Origin: an uncultured virus (IMG/VR IMGVR_UViG_2061766007_000502)
Taxonomy: Duplodnaviria; Heunggongvirae; Uroviricota; Caudoviricetes
Length of the DNA: 20,000 bases
IMG/VR virus record: IMGVR_UViG_2061766007_000502
Reading direction: 5' to 3' (one strand)
The notes below the pieces were generated by a model. The model did no database searches. It saw only the letters and a list, made by a program, of their open reading frames with translations, and had not been told where the DNA came from. Below are positions 12,219-20,000 of the stretch, one piece after another (within the stretch, counting starts at the first letter, position 1; each line of letters starts with the position of its first letter). Position numbers and translations under genes: made by a program.

Positions 12219-12348
12219 AACGTGAAAAATGATAAATCCCGATTTTTTATTATTTATTTTCAGATTAATTCAAAACGGTCATTGACAATATATATTTTTA
12301 ATAATTCTGAAAATAAATACATTATAAAAGAAATACATTCATTTTACT
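12219..12348. promoter_or_regulatory. AT-rich divergent promoter region with an AATAAATA (T4 late-promoter-like) motif facing each gene
   Basis: ATAAATA lies at 12313-12319 (+), 29 nt before the ATG at 12349, and at 12257-12251 (-), 32 nt before the ATG at 12218. Confidence 0.5.
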
Positions 12349-14787
12349 ATGGATATAACATTATCAGAATTATTGACTAAATACAAGAACGGAACATTGA
12401 CGGATGAACATAAAGACATAACCATTAGCGATATATCTAATGTTTCATCTGTTGAGTATTTTCCGCCCATTGTAGAGAAACTGACGTTAAATGAGCTCAA
12501 TATCGATATGTATTTTTTTAATATTCTGACTAATGTCAAAGAACTTGTCTTATTAAACTGCAATACGTCGAAACACTGTATAAATTCATTACCGGAAGTT
12601 ACCAGCATTGAATTGAATGGAGGTCATATAGTATCAGAAAGTATCAGATATGCACCTAAACTCACTAAATTGGTTATATATAGTGAAACTACTGTCGATA
12701 ACAATTCCGTATATATCATCAATAACGGATTCAGGACACTGAAAGAACTGGAGTTGAAAAGACAGGTTTCAGCCGGTTATGTCGAAAGTGATTACACATA
12801 TAGCACAGGTCGCGGAAATTCAGTCAAAGCAGAAACAAGAGTAGGCAGTTTAGCAGTATTATCAGAAAGCGGTGGTATTCTGAAATGCAATAATGTCTAT
12901 AATCTTAATGCCTGGTGGAATGCTAATAAGAAGTATATAAGTGACAAGTGGTTTGTTGTGAATACCGGTATAAACAAACAAAGTTACTATGATACTTCTG
13001 TATTCTTTTGTGATAGCAGTGATTCCAATATCAAACAAATACCGTTCAATAAGGAAACCAACACATATTATGATTACTTTAACGGCAATCTCGTGAAAGT
13101 ATATCCGCATATGATATACACCACGCTGAAGAAATATGCATACTATGATGTTATAGCAAACAATATCAGCATTACATTCGGCAATAAGACATTATATATG
13201 CCAAATACCGGACATCCGAATGCCGATACACTTTGCAATGAAAAAGGAAAATTATTCAATCAGCCATCAACTGACTACATATTCACATTTTCTCTGAGTC
13301 TGACTTATAATGAACCGGAAAAGAGATACGAGAATGTGATATTGGTGCCTATGCTATCAGTACTCCGGAAATATCCGAATCTTTCATACAACTTATATAG
13401 TGAGTCTGATAATAACGGCGTAGTTTCTATTGATATCTCACTGTCAGAAAGCGGAATCTCAACACTCGCAAGAATACTCTCAGAATGTGAACTTGCTGTT
13501 GATAAGTTCAAAAAGAACATATACTCAACAGGAACCAATATAGTCTCATATACAGAAATAAAAATAGACGAAGAATCAAACAACAACAGACAAGTATTAT
13601 ATCAAGCATATGCAAGACTCATAAGCGAAAGTAAAAAACTCATATTCAGTTATGATGAGATTGCTGACAGCAACAAGAATGACAAGAAGTATGTAGTCAG
13701 CAAATATGAAGTCATTCCATATGTATATAATGAAAGTGATGATATTGCAAGCGGAGATGATTATGAACAGAATTGGAGATACAATCTCACTAAGATTGTC
13801 GCATGGAATTATAAAGACGGAAGACAGATTGCAATAACTGAAGCAGAGAATAAGATTTACAGAGGAGATGATGATGAAGATATAGTTGTTGATATAAACA
13901 ATGAATATGCAGAAGACATAAACGCAAGAGTAATTAACTATACAAACATTCCTTGCAGTTTCACTATGCCGGAAATCGTTATCAGGACTTGGCAGGACTA
14001 TAACGGTTATACTTGCAGACACACGAAACACGAAGCACTAATCAATATCTATAAAGACTATTTCATAAGAACAGGTGTCTATAAGCACAGATACTATGTG
14101 TGGAGTTTCATAGGACTTGAGAATTTCACTGACAATACAGTCATCGACAATCCGGACAATGATAGTAATTTCATGCCTTAGATTGAGCCTATTGAGACGT
14201 CTAAGTACACATATCAGTGCAGATACGAATATGTGTTTGAATATGATAATGAAAGTAACCATATTGTTGATTTTCACAGAACCGGTGAATATCAATATAC
14301 TATGATTCCGCCACTTATCTATAATGTTCCGAGTCCTGTAAATCCGGATGGCAGTGATGATAGTGGAGATGATGAACCAGTAATAATTATCGAACAAGAG
14401 CCTAAACTATATTACGGTTATGGTATCACAGATGCAGAATTATTGAGTATATTTAATGATTCCAGCAGAGATGGTGCTGAACTCTTATCTGATTCATATC
14501 TTCATGGCGGAATATATTATCCGGGAGAACAGAACTTATTGTTAAACAGACAGGGAATAAACAAGATAGTATGGTTTGCATATCCGGATGACATAACAAT
14601 TGACATTCCTTTGTATTGTGCTCAAGAACATTCTATTAATAGTTATGACTTTGAGTTATCGGCTTTATCACCTGTGATTGGCGGTTTCATGTACAGCAAA
14701 TCATCTGATGAAACTAAAAAGCACTATAATGTTGTTTATACTTTCCTTGAAGATAACACAATTATTACAAATTTAACTTGGCATTGA
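12349..14787 (+). CDS. 812-aa hypothetical protein with N-terminal leucine-rich-repeat-like segment (code 15; TAG at 14179-14181)
   Basis: ORFs 12349..14181 and 14233..14787 are joined in frame by TAG plus 17 sense codons, and the gene ends TGA. LxxLxL-type repeats: VEKLTLNE, VKELVLLNC, LTKLVIYS, LKELELKR. Confidence 0.75.
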
Positions 14788-14794
14788 ATTAAAA

Positions 14795-15772
14795 ATGGAA
14801 AAACCAACAGCAATTTCTAAATTATCAGCATTGCTTGATACAAGAGGAGCACGTAGCATAGATGGAACACGTTTTCCTAATATTGATGCATTATACGGAC
14901 CTTATATTTCTAAGGATGAAGCTTGGGAAGCCCTCAGTGAACAGACAGCAACTGGAGCATCTGCTCTGGTAATCGGCAAGACTGTCGGCATATTAGATGA
15001 AAACGGTTATATAACAGAATACTGGTTTAAACGCGGATGTACTTATAAAGAAGACTTAGTAGAGAAAGCAGGTTCTTCTGGCGGCGGTTCCGGCGATTTA
15101 GATGACATTACACAGAAAGTAGATATGTTGATGGATGAAGTGTTTCCACTTACTGTTGCTGTTGAAACTACTAATGCCGGTAACTATGAAGTCGGCTCAT
15201 ATGTAAATGGTGTATATAAGGGTTCTGTCAAACCGAACATCAAACTAAAAATCACAAGAAAGGATTCTGATATTGCATCAATTGCTACTGTCACTCCTTC
15301 ATCTGGACAAGTATCTTCTGATAACAAGACTATCACAGACTCTTCAATATACACAGGTTCTAAAACCATTAATGTCGATGTTAGTCAAAACGGACAGACA
15401 AAACGAGTGTCTCAAACATGGAGTTTTATGAACTATGTGTATGGTGGTGAAGTATCTTCTAAACCGGCAAATCCGTCAGCAGTCAAGACACTAATCGAGA
15501 CAACATGGGCAAATGATTCAAGCAAGCGTACATTATCTCAATCAAAAACAAAATCAAGTACACCGTTGTCTGCTAATAAGTACTATGTCTTTGCTGTAAA
15601 TGGTATTGTAAATCTTGTTGTACGTGATAATGCGACTAACGGTATTATAACCGGCTGTGATACTGATACTGTGGAATTAAACCGAGTTAACGGAAGTGGT
15701 TCAGATACATACACATATGTTATTGTAGAAAATTCATCTTCTGCATGGAATTTTAAAATTACTAATAATTAA
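14795..15772 (+). CDS. 325-aa putative tail/virion-associated protein
   Basis: Clean ATG..TAA ORF with no TAG. The N-terminal NIDALYGPY..IGKTVGI..ITEYWFK..DLVEK module resembles ones I recall from Bacteroidota phage tail proteins. It is followed by a Gly/Ser linker, a short helix and a beta-rich C-terminus. Confidence 0.75.
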   Translation: MEKPTAISKLSALLDTRGARSIDGTRFPNIDALYGPYISKDEAWEALSEQTATGASALVIGKTVGILDENGYITEYWFKRGCTYKEDLVEKAGSSGGGSGDLDDITQKVDMLMDEVFPLTVAVETTNAGNYEVGSYVNGVYKGSVKPNIKLKITRKDSDIASIATVTPSSGQVSSDNKTITDSSIYTGSKTINVDVSQNGQTKRVSQTWSFMNYVYGGEVSSKPANPSAVKTLIETTWANDSSKRTLSQSKTKSSTPLSANKYYVFAVNGIVNLVVRDNATNGIITGCDTDTVELNRVNGSGSDTYTYVIVENSSSAWNFKITNN

Positions 15773-15777
15773 TTGAT

Positions 15778-17973
15778 ATGGCAAAGTTGAAATTACCTTT
15801 CGAATTGGAAAAACCGAGTGAAGGTAAATATGTTACACAAGCAAGTGAAATCGGGTATGGTAGTGGCAGTGTCAAAGATGCTCTTGACAACTCAGACACT
15901 ACAGGTGGCAGAATAACACCTTTGCTATTTGGAGCGAAAGGTGATGGTGTGACTGATGATAAACATGCATTTATTGCTGCAATTGATGCACTTGATGAAG
16001 GCGGAACACTGTATATACCAAATGGTGTATATCTATGCGTGGATTTAGACATAACAAAGCCAATCAAAATAGTTGGTGAATCTAAGGAATATACAATAAT
16101 ATACAATAATACATCAGGTAAGCCTTGTTTCAAAAGTAGTATTAATCATCTTGAAATAAGCAATCTGCAATTTAAGGCAATACCATTTAATACTCCGGGT
16201 GTAGATAGAACAACAAATCTATATGAAGAGAATAATGGCAGAAGCGGATTGCTTTATAAGGGTGAATATGGCACATTCCATGATATTATAGGTGATGATG
16301 TAAGAACAATTATATGGCTTGGTGGTGATTTTCTTCCTCTTGGTGTAACAAAGAAAGGAAATACAGTATATAATATTACTTCAAGAAGAACGTGTCAATG
16401 TGTATTAGGTTGTCAACAAGAGAATTGTACTATTAGAAATATCAGCGGTTCATTCTATAATTTTAGAGATTGGAATTCACAATTACCCGATGGTGGTTTA
16501 GCTTATGATGATACAGATTTTGTTACTGGAAATAATCCTGCTCATATTGTATATATTACAGTAAGACCTGTACGTAAAGGCGGTATTTGGGAAGGAAATT
16601 TCTATGAGGATAAAGATGTAGATGAAATACCACACTCTGAAGTATATGATGGTTATTATTCTTGGAGTAAAAACATTAACATACATAATGTACATTCAGT
16701 TAGTGGCACTGAGGCACAAGACCATGCTTCATCAGCAGTGTCTATAAAGGGCATAATTGGAGGTGAATTAACTAATGTCACAGCAATAAATGCAAGTGCT
16801 GTTTGGATGTACTCGTTAAAAAACTATAGTGTGCATAATATTATATGTTTAAACAATACATCATATAGATTTGCTGTACATTGTCAAGATGACTTTCATG
16901 TAATATCTCTTAGTGAAAGAACTGGAGATAGACCAATATATTATAATAATATAATAGACACAGTCATATGTTCTGGTGGATATGCTTCTTTTAGAGCAGC
17001 CGGTGATGTTATATGTAAGATAAAGAATATGATATTAGATACCGATGTTGCTATACCAGGAGTTAGTTATCTATTTGGATTGTTTGGAGCATACTGGGCA
17101 GAGATTGATGGATTAAGAGTAACAAATCCAAATGCTGATTTGCCAAGTACAGGTGATATTGTATCGGGTGGTGTAGGTCTTGGTACTTCTCTTGGGTATT
17201 TAAGGGATGGTGTTTTCAATATAGCAAACGGCTTACCTTATATTGGAGGTTTAAATTCAGATTTTGAAATAAGTAATTGTACTCCAACTCATCCTTCATC
17301 TGTTCCTACTCCTACATCTAATAAAATGTATGAATTAACTCCTGTTGTAGAGAGTGACAGAAACATTCTAAGAGAAAATGATGTTAATGCTGGAGAAACA
17401 TTCTTGACAGCAAAGATAGACAATGATAAGCAAGTAATTATTACTCCATTGTTACTGTATGGACTAAAAGAACAGCATTTCAAATTGCTTATTACCAATA
17501 ATGGTTCTTAGGCTATTCCTGTTAGATGCGGCACTCATGACTTAACTCCTCAAACAAACCCTAACTTTGATTATGTGCAAAGTAATGTACCTATTGATTG
17601 GAGAGTCTTAGATGTTAATGATACATTTGAATATGAAGTATGGAAGAAAGATAGGATTATTACAGTTATATTTAATGGTAATGAATCTCCTTTTACTCAA
17701 TTTAACGGTTCACACCGCGATGAGGTTTGGGATGATAGAGTATATAATATTCACCTTACCGGAAGCAATAACACTCTTACATTTAATACAATACCCAATA
17801 GTCCATATGAAACAACTATATATTTAACAATAGATGCAAATGCTAATTCTGTAATTAATTTACCGTCTTCTTATAAAAGTACTGGACCTATAACTTTTGA
17901 AGATGGTAAAGAGTATGTCATTACAATTCGCAATGGTATCATTAATGTCAATAATATATATAGTCCGGAATAA
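15778..17973 (+). CDS. 731-aa tailspike/depolymerase with pectate-lyase-like right-handed beta-helix (code 15; TAG at 17509-17511)
   Basis: FGAKGDGVTDDKHAFIAAID..GGTLYIPNGVY is the Pectate_lyase_3-type beta-helix cap, followed by beta-helix-like sequence. It joins 17575..17973 in frame through TAG plus 21 sense codons and ends TAA. Confidence 0.85.
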
Positions 17974-18152
17974 ATTCAGCACAGCAGAATGATATAAAAT
18001 ATCAAATAAGTATGGCTCTGTATAATGGAAATTTCAATATACTGCTGAGATATTGTTGACTGGCTCAATAAATTGTGATTTTCCATAATAGCAGTCATCT
18101 TTTATCCATATATTTTGATAAATAATTAAAATGTTTAGTTTTATTTCAAGCA

Positions 18153-20000
18153 ATGATTAAGTTTTTCTACTCTACAACAGGAGAATATGATATTAATACA
18201 CTTCCAGATGTTTCTGAAAGTATTTTGATAGATGCGATGAATAACAAAATGATTGTGAACGGACAGGATGAATACTATTTCTCAAGACTGTCTGATTTAT
18301 GTTCATCGACAAATCAAAATCCATCAATAGGTCTATCACAAAAAGGCGGATATGACATGTTCTCTGTGATACAGTAGGCTATAGATGTTCTAAATTCTTC
18401 TGTGAATGTACTTGATGCATCAGTCATTGACCTTGACTCAAGTGTAAGAGAATTGTATTTGAGAGATATTCCTGTATTCCAAAGAAAAAATGAGAATGGT
18501 TATGTTCTTGGTAAAAATTGGAAGAATAATGCACCCGGACAGTATGCATTTGCTGAAGGATATTAGTCCAGAGCAAAAGGTATGGGTTCTCATGCTGAAG
18601 GTCATGGAACATCAGCAGAAGGTTCTTATTCACATACAGAAGGATCGACTACATATGCAATAGGTAATTTTTCTCATGCTGAAGGAGGACAAACTGCTGC
18701 TGCTGAGGAATATTCTCATGCTGAAGGGTTTAGAACTGTTGCAAATAAATATTCTCATGCTGAAGGGTATGGTCAAACAAGTAGATGTAAACTTACTCGA
18801 TTATATACTTCTGGTGACTATACAATTTATTTAGACACAAATGTATCAATAGGCCGTATACTCCGTTTATAGACAATGGATGAAGAAACAGGAGCAGAAT
18901 ATAAAATATATACAAATATAGGTCCAGTTGTTGATACATCAAATGGAGATTATCAAGTAAGGATATATCCGGCATTTTCTCATGATTTAGATATTGGCGA
19001 AAGGTGTTTTATGGTGACATCCGGTGCAGGAGGAGAATATGCTTCTCACTCAGAAGGTCTTGATACAACTGCTACTGGTGGCTATGGTTCTCATGCTGAA
19101 GGTAGAGAAACAATTGCTTATGGTGGTGAAGGTGCTCATGCAGAAGGTTATCATACTTTTGCAGGTGCTCATTCTTCTCATGCTGAAGGTAAATTTACAC
19201 AAACAACTAATGAAGCAGAGCATGCATCTGGTATATATAATAAATCAACAGAAAATGTAACACAATTCTCAGTCGGTGTCGGTACTTATAATAACCGTAA
19301 AAATGCATTTGAGATTGCTATAGACAGTAGCATATACATCAATGACTTGGGTGGTTATGATGGAACTAATGTAGATTCAAGTGTTGTTCAGTCTATACAG
19401 CAGGTAATCAAGACTGTCAATTCTTCTATTAATTCACTTGATGCATCAGTCATAGTTCTTGACTCAAGTGTAAGAGAATTGTACTTGAGAGATATTCCTG
19501 TATTCCAAAGAGAAGGTGAGAATGGTTATGTACTTGGCAGAGAATGGAATAATCATGCAGCCGGACAGTATGCATTTGCTGAAGGTTATGACACGTCTGC
19601 ATTTAGTAAATATTCTCATGCTGAAGGTTGGAGAACAAAGGCATCTGGTAATAATGCTCATGCGGAAGGTTAGGGAACAAATGCATCTGGTGCAGTCTCT
19701 CATGCGGAAGGTAGTCAAACAACTGCATCTGGTGCGCGCTCTCATGCTGAAGGTTAGCTTACAACTGCATCTGGTGCCAATGCTCATGCTGAAGGTATTC
19801 ATACAATTGCATCTGGTTTATATTCTCATGCTGAAGGTTTTCGTACAATTGCATCTGGTCATAGTGCTCATGCTGAAGGTTAGAATACAACTGCATCTGG
19901 TGATTATTCTCATGCTGAAGGATATGATACATCTGCAATAGGTGATTATTCTCATGCTGAAGGTTAGAATACAACTGCATCTGGTGATTATTCTCATGCT
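18153..20000 (+). CDS. Adhesin-like tail fibre with YadA-head-like SHAEG beta-roll repeats and a duplicated stalk module; 3' end outside window (code 15; seven in-frame TAG)
   Basis: One frame with TAGs at 18375, 18564, 18870, 19671, 19755, 19881 and 19965, and no TAA or TGA. It has 14-aa (S/A)HAEGxxTxAxGxx repeats, an FSVGVG..RKNAFEI connector and LDASVxxLDSSV heptads. Confidence 0.85.
18411..19589 (+). repeat. About 150-bp intragenic duplication (18411-18563 vs 19437-19589, offset 1026 nt)
   Basis: Both copies encode LDASVIxLDSSVRELYLRDIPVFQRxxENGYVLGxxWxNxAxGQYAFAEGY and align without gaps. Confidence 0.95.
19614..20000 (+). repeat. 42-bp coding tandem repeat array (at least 9 units, SHAEG repeats)
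   Basis: KCTCATGCKGAAGG....ACA...GCATCTGGT...... recurs every 42 nt up to the window end. A more degenerate array spans about 18545-19190. Confidence 0.95.

Noticed and set aside
17974..18152. Suppressor tRNA(CUA) in an intergenic region
   Set aside because: No cloverleaf, T-loop (GTTCRA) or acceptor stem was recognisable here or in the other spacers, so any such tRNA must lie elsewhere.
18411..19589. Duplicated segment as a DGR template/variable repeat pair
   Set aside because: Mismatches are not confined to adenines (TAT/TAC, GGT/GGC, CCC/GCC), both copies are coding in the same gene, and there is no reverse transcriptase in the window.
21..19980. Antisense and alternate-frame ORFs (e.g. 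21..257, 1196..1561, 2280..2690, 7683..8042, 11262..11690, 13597..14031, 19464..19802, 19516..19941)
   Set aside because: They are shadows of long genes that have coherent motifs; their composition is atypical or simply mirrors the repeat.
18..20000. Fragmented ORFs read as pseudogenes or a decayed prophage
   Set aside because: Every interruption is TAG, with no frameshifts and no internal TAA or TGA. Random decay would not produce this pattern.
18..20000. TAG as pyrrolysine
   Set aside because: There are many TAGs per gene in structural proteins, no pyl genes or methyltransferase context, and one TAG aligns with CAG in the duplication.
19614..20000. 42-bp periodic array as a CRISPR array
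   Set aside because: The period is 14 codons in frame, variation follows codon positions, there are no unique spacers and no cas genes are nearby.

Overview
Structural-gene region of a large, AT-rich T4-like (contractile-tailed) phage that uses genetic code 15 (TAG read as Gln). It most resembles the Lak-type megaphages or other recoded jumbo phages of Bacteroidota (Prevotella-like) hosts. The standard-code ORF track is badly fragmented. Reading TAG as sense removes 24 in-frame 'stops' and gives 11 tightly packed genes; the ten whose ends lie in the window finish on TAA or TGA. From left to right: a 908-aa repeat-rich fibre-like protein; a T4 gp16-like terminase small subunit candidate; a gene resembling a Prevotella hypothetical family, broken by a 634-N assembly gap; a bidirectional terminator; a minus-strand baseplate operon (gp6/gpJ-like wedge, gp25-like protein, 84-aa protein, 1665-aa protein with a gpI/gp7-like motif); and a divergent plus-strand receptor-binding cluster (LRR-like protein, tail-associated protein, pectate-lyase-fold tailspike, and an adhesin-like fibre with SHAEG beta-roll repeats that runs off the window). 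An internal duplication in the last gene aligns TAG with CAG, which is direct in-window evidence for TAG=Gln. No tRNA, CRISPR array or mobile element was recognised. All family assignments come from motif recall, not database searches.
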